Below, piece by piece: positions 51,857-64,000 of a stretch of DNA of 64,000 nucleotides. The notes under the pieces are model-generated. The model worked only from the letters and a program-made list of their open reading frames with translations, did not search any database and was not told the origin of the DNA. The DNA is from Amoebidium appalachense (taxonomy: Eukaryota > Protista > Ichthyosporea). The DNA is taken from assembly GCA_963693365.1 (NCBI GenBank), contig CAVNZM010000004.1:5148564-5212563 (forward strand), written 5' to 3'. Positions within the stretch are counted from its first letter, which is position 1, and the number at the start of each line of letters is the position of its first letter. Made by a program: the position numbers and the translations under genes.

Positions 51857-52215
51857 CTAGTTGTTTCCAAGGCGCTGGCCCGTGCCCCACGTGTGGCCCC
51901 TTGCCGGGGGCGCATTCCTCTGGACCTCCTGCTCACGGGGGTTGGCCGCACGTGCAAAGGTGCCGTTCATCCCGGCAACTGCCCTCCGCTCGGGGAAATA
52001 GTATTTCCTGTGTGCATTTGATAGAAGGCGAGGAGGGTGGAGAGCGGGAGGGGGGCGATGGAGGGGAGAGGGGGGGGGGGAGGGGGGAGGGGGGGGGAAG
52101 GGGCAGAAGAGGTTAGTGAGGAAGGGGAAGCACTGTGTAATGTATGTCAAAAAGTTGAATTCGAGCTAGCAGCACGGGAACCTATATTCTGGCATGCGCC
52201 TCAAAGAGAATGGCT

Positions 52216-52250
<35 letters not shown>

Positions 52251-52452
52251 TGGGGGAGGGGGGTTTGAATGCGGAACACGGTACGAAGTACGCATACACG
52301 AAGGACACATGCAAAGACAAACATTCAAGTATGCAACATCAGCCATGCGCACAGTATGCGTCATAAGCAGAGCCCATCCTCAGGGAGGGCCCAAGTCATC
52401 AATTGCGTCTGAGTTTCGACCCCTTGGTGGTGGTGGTGGTGGTGGTGGTGGT

Positions 52453-52489
<37 letters not shown>

Positions 52490-53250
52490 AGAATGCGTTG
52501 GAAAACACGAAGCACACCTCCATGACGAATAACGCAATGCAGAGTGCAAAGCACACATAAAGAGCATGCATCAAAAGCAGAGCCAACCCTATGGAGGAGA
52601 TGGGGGAGGAGGGGGAGGGGGGTTTTGAATGCGTCAAAAAGTACGAAGTACACAAGAACAAACGGATAACACGATGCAGAATGCAAGGGAGGGGGGGGGG
52701 GGGGAAGGGGTCATTTCTATGAAGTCATGCATAGTAGAGATGCAGTTGCAGTTCCAGCGATTCTCTTTCTCTCCGTGTACATGTATCTGCATGGTGTGGG
52801 TAGTGGTGTGTCCGTAGTGCTTGCACTCAGCAATTCCACAACGGCACGAAAGGAGCCCCTACGTGTGCAAGTATATGTGCATTCGTGGGTCCATGCACGT
52901 TGTCGCTACTATAGACGGCAGCCCTACAATCGGTGGCTCTCTTTACACAGGTTTACGAAAGTTGAAGCTAGAGGGGGAACACTTACAAAAACTCGGGGGT
53001 AAAAATGATGGTCTTTCCGTTTGTCTCTGGGTAGAGGTAGGCCAGGAAATAGTAGAGGTGGCCCACAATCACACCGGCAAGCTCGAGGATGGGGTACCCC
53101 CCCATGAGCACGTTGAACCCCATCAGCACCCACGGGAAGTACATGGCCTGAAGATTTGGGGGGGGGGGGGGGGGGGGGGGGGGAATCCCGGAAATCGGAA
53201 AGGGAAAGAATGGTTAATGCTTGGCATTCGTTGAAGGTGGGGGAAAAAAG

Positions 53251-53318
<68 letters not shown>

Positions 53319-53376
53319 CGTGTGTGTGTGTGTGTGGGGGGGGGGGGTACCATTTTTTTATTCCTTTTTTTTTTTT

Positions 53377-53407
<31 letters not shown>

Positions 53408-53835
53408 GGTACATAGCAGAACATTGGGAGAAAAAAATGCTGATTTTTAAAGACTGGATAACGCTTGGTCTTTGTTGGAAAGGGCAAAAAGAGGAGGGGG
53501 GGGGGGGGGGGGGAGATTAAATGAGAAGAAGAGGGGGGGGGGGAGAGAGGGGGTGGAAGGAGACAGGGAGCGAGGGAGGGAGGAAGGGAGGGAGAACGAG
53601 GGGGGGGGGGGGGGGGGGAGGGCACGGGCAAATACATCGAAAGGCACTGGAATAGCCAGAAAAAGAAAGTAAAAAAACAAAAAGCGCAAGCATAGTAAAA
53701 CACAGGATACGACATCACCCAGAGACACACACCACACCCAGTCCTTCCACACACAAATCACAACCACACCAACGTATTCTCATATTCTCGTATTCTCGTA
53801 TTCTACCACACCAACCCACCCCCTCCTCCCCCCCT

Positions 53836-53874
<39 letters not shown>

Positions 53875-53968
53875 CTGGTCCCTCCCCCCTCCCACCATAA
53901 ACACATGCATGGCTCTACCATCACCAATCTTCCCCCATCCCGCAAAACTGCAACACTCACACACCCAT

Positions 53969-54006
<38 letters not shown>

Positions 54007-54450
54007 TCTCCCCCCCCCGCCCCCTCCCCCCTCCCCCCCGCCGCCCCCCCCCCCCTCCCCCTCCCCTCCCCCCCCTCTTCTTTCTCACTTTCCATCATCC
54101 ATTCACCACCCCTACGTCAATGCCATGTTCCCTGTGTCTTCCCTATTCTCCCCTACTCCCCCCCTCCCCCTCTCCCCCTTCCCACAGTCCAAAAAAAAAA
54201 AAAAAAAAGATGCACACCCTTCCAACCATCCCCCCCCCCTTCTCTTCCTCCCATGCAGACGCATACGCCCATGGGCACCCGTCCATCCACCCTATCAACT
54301 CAAACTTCCAACCCATATGTCCTCCCCTCCTCTCCCTCCCCCCTCCAACACACAAACACATTATCCACCCCCCCCCACCTCCCCCCCCCCCCCCTGCCCA
54401 CCCGGCCCGCGCCCCGCCCCGCCACCACCACCATCGCTAACCGACCAACC

Positions 54451-54485
<35 letters not shown>

Positions 54486-54521
54486 ACCCCCCCCCCCTCC
54501 CCCCACCACCACCCACACACC

Positions 54522-54552
<31 letters not shown>

Positions 54553-55526
54553 CACCAACGAACCAACCAATCAACCCACACTATACACCACACATACACG
54601 TACCCTACCCCTCCTCCGTCTCAACCCCCCCTCCCCCCACCACCGCCAACTAACCCACACTACACACCCCCTCGCCTCCCCCCCCCCCCCCCCCCCAAAA
54701 AAAAAACAAAAAAACAACAACCGCCACCACACCCAACCATCCACCCATCTTCGTCGCCTTTCCCCCCCTCCACCTCTCCCCTCTTCCTCTCTCCCCCCCC
54801 CCCCCCCCCCCCCCCCTCCCCCCCCCCCTGCCGCCCTCCCCCCACCTCCCCCACCACCACCCCCGCCCCCACCCCCACGCCCCCCCCCCCCCCCTCCCTC
54901 CCCCCCCCCCACCACACACACACACACACCACCACCTCCACCAAGCATACCTTGAATCGAAGGCCAAAGAAGAAGCTCACGACCCTGTCCTTGTTGATTT
55001 GGGACCACAGGTACACCATGCACATCATCAGAGAGATCCCGAGTATCCGGAAAGGAACAAACAGACCCACGGGCTGAAACGTATGAGTCAAGGCAAAAAC
55101 ACGGGTCATAGTTATCTCATCATTAAAAAAAAAAATCTCAAGTGCGGCATGTAGGAAATATTGAAAAGGCGGAGAGTATGCCATGGGTATGCTTTCAACG
55201 GCAGCAGAGAACCGGTGTGGAGGCAGGTTCATTGGTGGAGAAAGCAAGGAGGGGCAGGGGAAGGGGGGGGAAGGGGGGGAGGGGGTGACTATGGTTGGAA
55301 ACGGAACGGCACAGGAGGGACAAGTTGGAAGAGGGGAGAGAGAAAGGGGGGGAGGGGGGGGGAAGGGGGGGAAGAGGGGCGCTTGACAGTGTGTGTTAGA
55401 TATGCAGGTGTGTGCCTGTCTCTTTGTAAATGTGTGTGTGTGTCTGTCTGTGAGATGAGTGCTATGGGTGTTGGTGTGTGTGTTTAGGCGTCTGTATGTG
55501 TGTGTGTGTGCGTGTGTGTGTGTGTG

Positions 55527-55565
<39 letters not shown>

Positions 55566-56889
55566 GTGCCCGGACGGAACCAGGGGGAGGACGGGGGCAG
55601 GGGGAGGGGGGGGCGGGGAGGGAGGAGGGGAGGGGGGGGGGGGGGGGGGACGAGTGCCTAACAGAAGTCGTGCATGCATGTGTGCGGGTATTTGATTGCA
55701 TGAGTTAGTGAGCGAGTGTGCAAGCACGTGCGTGTCAATGTGCGGTGTGTGTGTGTGTGTATGTGTGTGTTTGTGCGTGTGAGCTTAAAGGAATAATGGG
55801 AAGGGGAGAGGGGAGCGGGGAGGGGGGTGGGGGGGTGGGGGAGAGGGGGGATAGCGATTGAGGCCTCTTGCCGACAGCGACCTTGAGGAAGCACGAGTAT
55901 TGGGGGGGAAGGGGGGGGGGGGGAGGGGGGACAGGGCGGGAGCGTCGAGAGGGGAAGGAGGCAAGAGAAGTGGTGGGCAAACTAAGAGGGGGGTGGGGAG
56001 GGGGGAAGAGTCAAAGGCTTCAAGAGAAACAACATGCTAAATCATGCACTCAAAATCATCAAATTCATTATGCAACGTCAGCTCACTAGTCATGCAAGCG
56101 ACTGTACACACAACAGAAAATACAAAAAACATTGTGGCGGATAAGGCGGATACAAGAAGGCAGAGGGCGCAGAACAGCAGGAAGGTGACATAGTCGGCCG
56201 GCTTTCCCTCAAATGTCTCCTCCTCGTTCAGGCGGGAGTACTGGTACAGGAACATCATGTGCACAAGGAAGTTGAACCCCAGCTTGCCGAAAAAGAAAAA
56301 GCACGTCACCAGTCGCCATATCTGCAAAACCCCCAGGGTAGGTGGGAGTGGCGAGCTCAGAACTAAATAGTCAAAAACCTCAAGATCCAGCAAGATTTCT
56401 AATAACATCTATATTATGTAAGCATTATGTGAACCTGTAACCTACCCTTCCCCATCTCCCCCCTTCCTCCCCTCCCCCCCCCCCCCCCCAAAAAAAAAAA
56501 ACACACACACACACACAACCACCACCACCACCACCACACCACCCCTACAACCCAAACCGCCTTTCTCCGCCTCTCTAAACCACAACCATCCCCCGGCCTC
56601 AGTCCGTTTCAGACCGCGCACCCACCCGATGCCCCCCCGACATGTGAGACCTGCTAAAAGGACGTTGCACGTACGAGCGCGACGTGGGGCCCCACCAGAT
56701 GCGGGTAGGCAACAACATAGGCATGATGCACCTCGAATCTATGTGTCCCCTCCTCCTTCCCCACCTTCCCATACTCCCGCATTTACCGCTTCCTCGTTCT
56801 TTCAACACCCCCTTTTCACGCCCATCCATCCAACCATCCAAATAACTACTTCCAACTGCTCCTTATGTCTCGGCACCATAAACCCAAGG

Positions 56890-56927
<38 letters not shown>

Positions 56928-57245
56928 CATTCTAGCTCGAATCTTTCTTGCACAAGTGCCGCGCCATCGAAGGAGCCAACACACCAGGCTCTCACTGTTT
57001 GAGCATGATAAGTAGCAGAGGCTTGTAGAAAGTTGGGGAGCGGGGGTAAGTAGGAAGGAGGGGAAGGGAGGGCGGGGAGGAGAGAGGCTTGCCTCGAAAC
57101 TCGTGATGCTATCCCAATCCAGAAGAATGTAAACACCCGGGATGATCCCGAAGTTGACGAGCAGAGTGCCGCCAAACGATGCCGTGAATATCACCTTGGT
57201 AACAGGTGGTATGGACTCAAACCATTCTTTAATGTCTGTAGACAT
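51857..57245 (-). CDS. DERL1: Derlin (ERAD rhomboid pseudoprotease, Derlin-1-like), 251 aa
   Basis: Exons 57245-57093, 56321-56154, 55073-54951, 53147-52987, 52007-51857. Motifs WFESIPPVTK, EIWRLVTCFFFFG, YQYSRLNEE..FEGKPADY, VYLWSQIN, FFFGLRFKAMYFPWVL, GVIVGHLYYFL, and a C-terminal SHP-box-like HTWGTGQRLG. Confidence 0.93.
52261..52688 (+). repeat. Three units of the G-tract-bounded dispersed repeat in the last Derlin intron
   Basis: Units begin GAATGCG at about 52267, 52491 and 52627, each preceded by a G-run. Confidence 0.8.
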
Positions 57246-58048
57246 TTTTGATGCCTTCTTTGTACAGAAAGATCCGACTTCTCAGGTTGACGCCTCAAAC
57301 AAATGAGCTAGCCAGAAAGAGAAAGGCGAAACGCTCCGGTGGCTTGAACGACACACCTAGTTGATAAGATACCCTTTGAGGATATGAGAAAGAGTAAGAC
57401 CAAACAAAAAAATGTATCCACCACACCTCTATTCCAGCGACGAAAGCACACTCTTCTACACTTTACCTTTCCAGAAGATCTCCGGCTGTGTTTCGAGTTT
57501 TACGTGAATTCTTTAGGGGCATTCCTCCCACCGGCAGCCACTGATCTAGTTATTAATTAAGCCAAGTGTGATATAAAAACTTGTTTTATTAGTGGTTTTA
57601 TTAGTAGTTAAATCGTTAAAGCTGTTTGTAAACTAACACCAATAGTTTTTCTCCACATACTCATGGTCAAAATCTGACTTGCTGCTGAGAAGCCAGTTCC
57701 GGCGCCAGCTGCCGCGCTGGCAAGTCCGGCGGGCAAGTGGAGACAGAACCTTTCAAACAGGCTGGAAACTTTTGGCGTCTGTGCATCTTCAACTTGGTGC
57801 ATGCTATAGTTGTGTTCAATAGGCACAGAAGGTTAAAGCATTTCTGGCCGATACTTTTTTTCCTCGCTTCTTTGTGTTCTGTTTTGCGTCTAACCAGAAG
57901 TTGGACCGTTTATTCAGTGCTAGCAAAACCCAGTAACCCACATGGCCGCACCCGGTTGCTGATTTTTACACCAAACACTCCGCACTGCCTTTTGACCAGA
58001 GCTCTTTGCTTCTTGCACGCGCAATACTGGGAGCGTGCTATCCTAAAC

Positions 58049-58252
58049 ATGGCTACCAAGAAGGATGCAAGAAACGAGGAGGAGAGGCAGGCTCAGAAGA
58101 GGCAGGCCGAGTGTGAGATAGTCGAGCAGCCACCAAACAAGAAGAGGAGGGGCATTTTCTTGAAAGAAAGTATGTGGTTATAGCACATAGAATGCGCTTG
58201 TTTGAATGGAGGGGTTGGGACGACGGGTGTGGGCGCAGTCAGGAGCAAGGGG

Positions 58253-58283
<31 letters not shown>

Positions 58284-58934
58284 GGGGGGGAGGAGGGAGA
58301 AAGGGAGGGGGGGAGGGGAGGAGAGAGAGAGGGAGGGAGGGAGGCGGGAAAGGGAGAGGGAGGGGGAGAGGGAGAGAGAGAGCAAGAAAGAGTGGGGGTG
58401 GAGAGAGGGAGAAAGGGAGGGGGGAGGGCGAGAGAGGGAGCGAGAGAGTGAGGGAGAGGGGAGAGAGAGAGGGAGGGAGGGAGTGAGGGAGAAAGGGGAA
58501 GGGGGGAGGGGGGGGGGCTGTTGGCCGGGGGGCGTTGTTATGGCACAGGAGAAAGCAGATGGTTAGGGTGTGCTTGTACATGGGGCATTTATGGTTCTCA
58601 GTGTATGTGAAAATATGATGTGCTGCAAGCATTGAATGAGCTGGGATGTGTCTAAAAATATGCTCTTCTTTTTCGCAGTCAAGCAGATGATGTACGGGTT
58701 TGGCGACAGCGCACACCCTCTGAGGGAGTCGGTGGAGGTGATGGAAGACGTTGTTTATGAATTTATAACGGACATGGTGAGTGTTGTGCTGTGTGAATAT
58801 GTGTGTGCTTGAATTTATTGTGGCTCTGTCTGTCACTCCCCCCCCCCCCCCCCCCCCCCCCCCAGCTCTCCCTTCCTGCCTCGGTTCCTCCCTCTCTCCC
58901 TCCTTATATTCCATCCCTCCTACCCCCCTCCCCC

Positions 58935-58967
<33 letters not shown>

Positions 58968-59140
58968 CCTGATACTTTATCTCCACCCTTTCCACCCTCC
59001 CCCCAGCCCGCCTCTTCTCCCGTCCTCCCTTTCTCCCTCCCTCCTTCCTCCCTCCCATCCCCCCTGCCCCCACACCATTTCTCGCTCCATTCTCCCTAAA
59101 TCCCACTTCCCCCCTTTCCACTCCCTCCCGCCTCAAATGC

Positions 59141-59178
<38 letters not shown>

Positions 59179-60579
59179 ACATGCACACACGCGCACGTGC
59201 ACACACACACGCCACACTCTCTCTTTCTTTCTCTCTTTCTCTCCCCCCCCCCCTTCCCCCCCCCCCCTCCCTTCTCTCCCTCCCTCTCTTTTCCTTCTCT
59301 CTTTCTTCGCCCCCTTCCCCCCCCCCCCCCCCCCCCCCCGCTGTCTCTCTCTCTTTTCTCTGCCTCCCTTCCTTCCTCCCTCCTTCCTTCCCTTTCTCTT
59401 CCCCCCCCCCCCCCCCGCTCCACCCCTCTTTCTGGCTCTCTCTCCCTCCCTCCCTCCCTGCCTGCCTGCCTGCCTCTCTCTCGTGCGCGCTCTCTCTCTC
59501 TCTCTTCCCCTCCCCCCCCCTCCCCCCCCACTCCCCCTCCGCCCCCCCCCCCCTTCTATGTGCATGTTCATGGCACACGTGAATAATGCCGGAGCATGTG
59601 TGTATGACTCGTCTTTATTTGTTCGATAGTTATACGGAATGCAGCTGTTACAGGAACTCTCCCTCTTTCTCTTTGTGTTTGGTCTAGGTGGGTCTTTTTG
59701 TTGTTGTTGTTGTTGTTGTTGTTTTGTTTTTTTGCTTTTTTTGTTTTTTTTGTTTGTTTTTTTTTTTTTTGGGGGGGGGGGGGGTATTTTCTTTTTTGTT
59801 CTCACAAGCTGAAAGTAGCTGGTTTGTTGATGTATGGCACTTTCCCTTGAATTGGGACGCTTAACTTTGTAACTTTATATAAATAACTTTGAAGAGTAAA
59901 CAATACTAACATATAACACGATGCTGGCAGATGAAAAAGGCGATGCAAGTTGCTGCACGACCGGGCAAGGTCAAGACGGAAGACCTTGTGTATCTGATTA
60001 GAAAGGACTCGAAGAAGTATGCAAGAACACAGGTCTGCTAAAAAATGCTTGCTTGTGTATTGTGTGTGCGGGTGTGTGTGTGTGTGTGTGTGTGGGTAGG
60101 TTTGGATGGGTGGGTGGGTGGGTGGGTGGATGTGGGTGGGTGTGCGTGTGTGCGTGTGCATGCGTGTGTATGTGTTGATGAGAAAGGGTGGAGGACGGGG
60201 CAAAGGGAAAGGGAAAGTGATGGGGGAAGGGGGGGGGGGGGGGGGGGGGAGAGGGGGGAGTAACATGTTACTGTGTTTAGGTTTTTTGAACAGTTAAGGT
60301 GCAGAAGAATGTGTTGGGAGGACTAGAAAAGCTCTATTCTTTCTTCTTTTGCGGTTTTTTCTTTCTTCTTTCTTTCTTTTCTTTTCTTTTCTTTCTTTTT
60401 CTTTCTTTTTCTTTTTCTTTTTTTTTTTTTTTTTTTGGGGGGGGGGGGGGGGAGGGGAGGGGGGAGGGGGGGGAGGTAGCGTGCATTTTGTGTGCTTGCC
60501 TGGGTGTCTTGTGTGTATTTGGCGTGCTCCTTTAGTGTGATTGTTAGATTGCATGGGGCTAGCCAACTGGTAGTGCTCA

Positions 60580-60662
<83 letters not shown>

Positions 60663-60777
60663 AAAGCACGCACATACGTGGTTTCTTTCATGGTTTGGCA
60701 ATCTTGTGTCACAGAAGTGTGGTTTCCCGCTCTCGCTCCCCCCTTGCGGTCTCCGTCCCTGCCTCTCCCTCCCTCTC

Positions 60778-60855
<78 letters not shown>

Positions 60856-60889
60856 CCTCCCTCCCCCCCCCCTCCCCCCCCCCCCCCCT

Positions 60890-60923
<34 letters not shown>

Positions 60924-61120
60924 CCTCCCCCTCCCCACTTGTTCAATTCTTTGTGATTTGCCTATCAATTTCTAAATTGCTAATGCTGCATGTGCAGGAG
61001 TTGCTTTACATGGAGAAAGAAATTAAGGCGGCACGGAAGATTCTGGACGTGGACGGGGAGGCTGCCGAAGATGTCGGGGTGGAGTTGGAGGACATTGTGG
61101 GGGGGGAGGAGGCCGATTAG
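58049..61120 (+). CDS. TAF13: Transcription initiation factor TFIID subunit 13, 147 aa
   Basis: Exons 58049-58169, 58679-58776, 59931-60032, 60998-61120 give KRRGIFLKEIKQMMYGFGDSAHPLRESVEVMEDVVYEFITDM..GKVKTEDLVYLIRKDSKKYARTQELLYMEKEIKAARK, the TFIID-18kDa histone-fold signature. Confidence 0.95.
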
Positions 61121-61158
61121 TGTGTGTGTGTGTGTGTGTGTTGCGTGCGTGCGCGCGC

Positions 61159-61197
<39 letters not shown>

Positions 61198-61391
61198 TGT
61201 GCGCGCACGTGTGTATGTACGTGGGTGTGTGCATCGTGTGTGATGGTTCCGTGCCCCTGCCTGCGCCTGTGCCTGTGCCTGCCCGTGTTCCTGTGGAGAC
61301 ACACATGGCATTGTAATGGCTGTATACGGGTTTGGTGAAAGTGGAAATGGGTGTAATGATGGAATGGGGAAACGGATAGGGAAGAGGAGGG

Positions 61392-61436
<45 letters not shown>

Positions 61437-61872
61437 TTGAAATGGTAAACTGCCGCCAGCGATTTTGGTGATTGCAACATATCTTAGTGGCAAATTACAG
61501 TGCAGGAACAATTTCAAGGTTGTGTTCGGGATTTGTAATCGTATGAAACTGTAACCTCGGTCTTGTTTTGCTCGTTGAATATCTAATTTGCGGCAACTGA
61601 ATGAATGTGTAACCACCAGCCACAGATTATGGACAGTTTCTGAACTGATGTGAAAAGTAACATCATGCATATGTACAGCAGTAAACTGCAGCTGCTCGTT
61701 ATATGTGACGGTGATAATGTGGAAGGCAGTGAATGACACGCTCCTTGCTTTTCTCTGCGATGGTTCGTTTCACTACTATGCTTTCGTAATGTATGAATGA
61801 CTTCTAGATCATAAAAAGCAAATAAAGTGTACCGATCAAAAAAAATGCTCGTGTAAAGAACAGCCAACAGCC

Positions 61873-61969
<97 letters not shown>

Positions 61970-62409
61970 GACCCACCCATAAGGACCCATGCCCTCATCT
62001 CTAGCTCTCTGAGTCCCAGCAGTGAGAAACAAACTCTAAAGTTCAGATCTTGTGTAACAAGAGCTCGAGCACATGTAACAACGCCTGGCTCACCCGTTTT
62101 CATAGTATGAATGTAGTCTGATCGAAATAGGGCATATTGCTTGCTCCCCATATTAATTCCAACTTTAAGGTATATTGCTCATGAATTGTTTCTCTTTGCG
62201 CGCCGAAACTTCCCTTGCTGCAGGCACGCCGTGATATCTTGCAAGAAAAGAAAGAAAGAAAGATAGATAAATCTGTTACCGTTCCACGACAGCTGCAGAA
62301 GTAACTAACTCCCATGCCTCTCCTGCCTCTAGCCTAAGATATGTACACGGGCTGTCTGATGCTTCACGGATAGCCCACGATATTGTGACAATCCTCTCCC
62401 CTTCCCTCC

Positions 62410-62446
<37 letters not shown>

Positions 62447-62890
62447 CCCCACCACAAAAGAAAAAAAGAAAAGAAAAGAGAAAAAGCCCTGAGAAACTTT
62501 CGAAAGAAGAAAAAGGCGAAAGGGAAACTTCCGGAAATGGCCCACACAGCATATATACACCCACACACACAAGCGCTTCACATGTGGGACAGTTCCTCTC
62601 CCCCCTCTCCCCCCCTCTCTCCACACACACACATCCTCTCTAGCTCATCCCACGCGAACATTTTAGTTCCCTCCTTTACGTTTGTAGCCAAATGTCTTTT
62701 GAGCTACACAGCCACAGGCAATACTAAGCTCCTAGTATAGGCCACTCTTGCAGACTCAGCCCAACAAAAAAAAAAATTCGAAACTTGCCTTGAACTTTTG
62801 GGTCGATAATAAGTGCGTAAATAAGAACGACTTGCGCGAAACATGACCACACGTGCATATGACAAGTAACTGATCATTCTATATGTAATA

Positions 62891-63814
62891 TTAATCATTC
62901 CATGCGGAATATGTTGTAGCAAAATCCGGGTCTGTTGCCTGAGCCTCTACCGTCATCAAACCGAGTGCACGTGACTGGGCCTCCCCCCCCACAGTGACCG
63001 CCTTCACCACATCCACAACCGCTGCAGCCGCCGTGCGAACCAGCCCAGCCCCCTGCATGCCCCTTTCACTCTCGGACGATGCTTCGGGTGGGCGCTGGGA
63101 GGTTGTTTGGGCAACGGCAATGTCTTCGGTGCTGCAGAGAGAAATTTATGGGCGTTAGGTTAGAGTATGTGCGCTGGTAATTACATCACGCGGTTATTCG
63201 CGGCTTCGAACTATACACTGTGGCTATTTTTGAGGCGTGCTAAAATTTATCACACTGAAAGCTTGAACAGTGATGAAAATCCAAAACCAAAAATTTACAC
63301 CACCATGATATTATCATATTGATTCATAGCTAATAGTATGCATAGCCCAGGGGGTTTAAAAATTTGCCCCAGCCTTGCTGCCGGGGATGAAACAAGTACT
63401 AGGGTTTGATTTGGCATGAAGCCACGGTATACATACGAGCAAATAATGGCAACGTACATTGACTTCTATATCACTGAGAGAAGGCCTTGAAGTTCAATAA
63501 TTATATTGTAAGTTGATCCAAAAGCGGGTGGGAATTACAAAGTGGATCGCAAGGAGCTCGATGGAAAATTTTTATGTCAACTGTGCGGCGTGCAGTTTCT
63601 TGCAAAAACGTTTCTTTTGGGAAGGTGGTGGTGGCAGTGGTGGGTTTTCTTATCTTCCCTTTCGTTCTTTCCCGCTTTCTTCTTTTTTTCCCCTTCCCTT
63701 TTCTTTTCCAAGTTCTGGTTTTTCTTTTACGAAGTTATTTTTCAGAATATTTTCTTTTCTTTTTTCTTTTCTTCTCCTGCTTTTCTCTCTTTCTTTCTTT
63801 CTTTCTTTCTTTCT

Positions 63815-63856
<42 letters not shown>

Positions 63857-64000
63857 TTTTTTTTTTTTCCCCCCCGAAAAAGAGGGGGGGGGGGGGGGGG
63901 GAAAGGGGGGAGAGGGGGAATGAAGCGACTTACACAACAGCGAACTTTCCACCCAATCCAGCCATATGCAGTGCAACTCCACCCGTTGCGACATGTGTTG
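62891..64000 (-). CDS. Probable 3' exons of an unidentified gene entering from the right edge
   Basis: Exon ending at 63934 with a GTAAGT donor, and an exon starting at 63131 after CTCTCTGCAG. A phase-2 join reads THVATGGVALHMAGLGGKFAVVTEDIAVAQ..YSAWND* (stop 62891). The frame is not certain. Confidence 0.4.

Noticed and set aside
63934-64000. Alternative Cys-rich reading NTCRNGWSCTAYGWIGWKVRCC joined to HRRHCRCPNN
   Set aside because: The frame cannot be fixed at the window edge, and the phase-2 reading gives a longer, more ordinary terminal exon.

Overview
Intron-rich eukaryotic genomic DNA. The fungal-style G-protein gamma subunit suggests an opisthokont, possibly a unicellular one (inference). 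Introns and intergenic DNA are saturated with G/C homopolymers and (CA)n, (GT)n and (CT)n microsatellites, so almost all ORFs in the supplied track are low-complexity artefacts. Manual splicing with exon phases checked recovers these genes: a dynamin-superfamily P-loop GTPase (minus, runs off the window start), a YTHDF-type m6A reader (minus, 10 exons), a secreted 5'-nucleotidase-family metallophosphoesterase (plus, 15 exons), a probable 60-aa Cys-rich micropeptide gene (minus), a G-protein gamma subunit (minus), a NATD1/YjdJ-type GNAT (plus), Derlin (minus, with a GC-AG first intron), TAF13 (plus), and the 3' end of an unknown gene at the right edge. Mobile DNA includes a complete 1.15-kb non-autonomous copia-type LTR element (TRIM-like) with a 5-bp TSD and a half-tRNA-iMet primer site, nested in an older repeat. 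There is also a TTAA-flanked piggyBac-like MITE, two long palindromic elements and a dispersed repeat family bounded by G-tracts. The best candidates for new biology are the miniature Hemivirus-type LTR element, the unannotated Cys-rich peptide, the strand-biased G/C-tract and microsatellite intron architecture, and the divergent dynamin-like GTPase.
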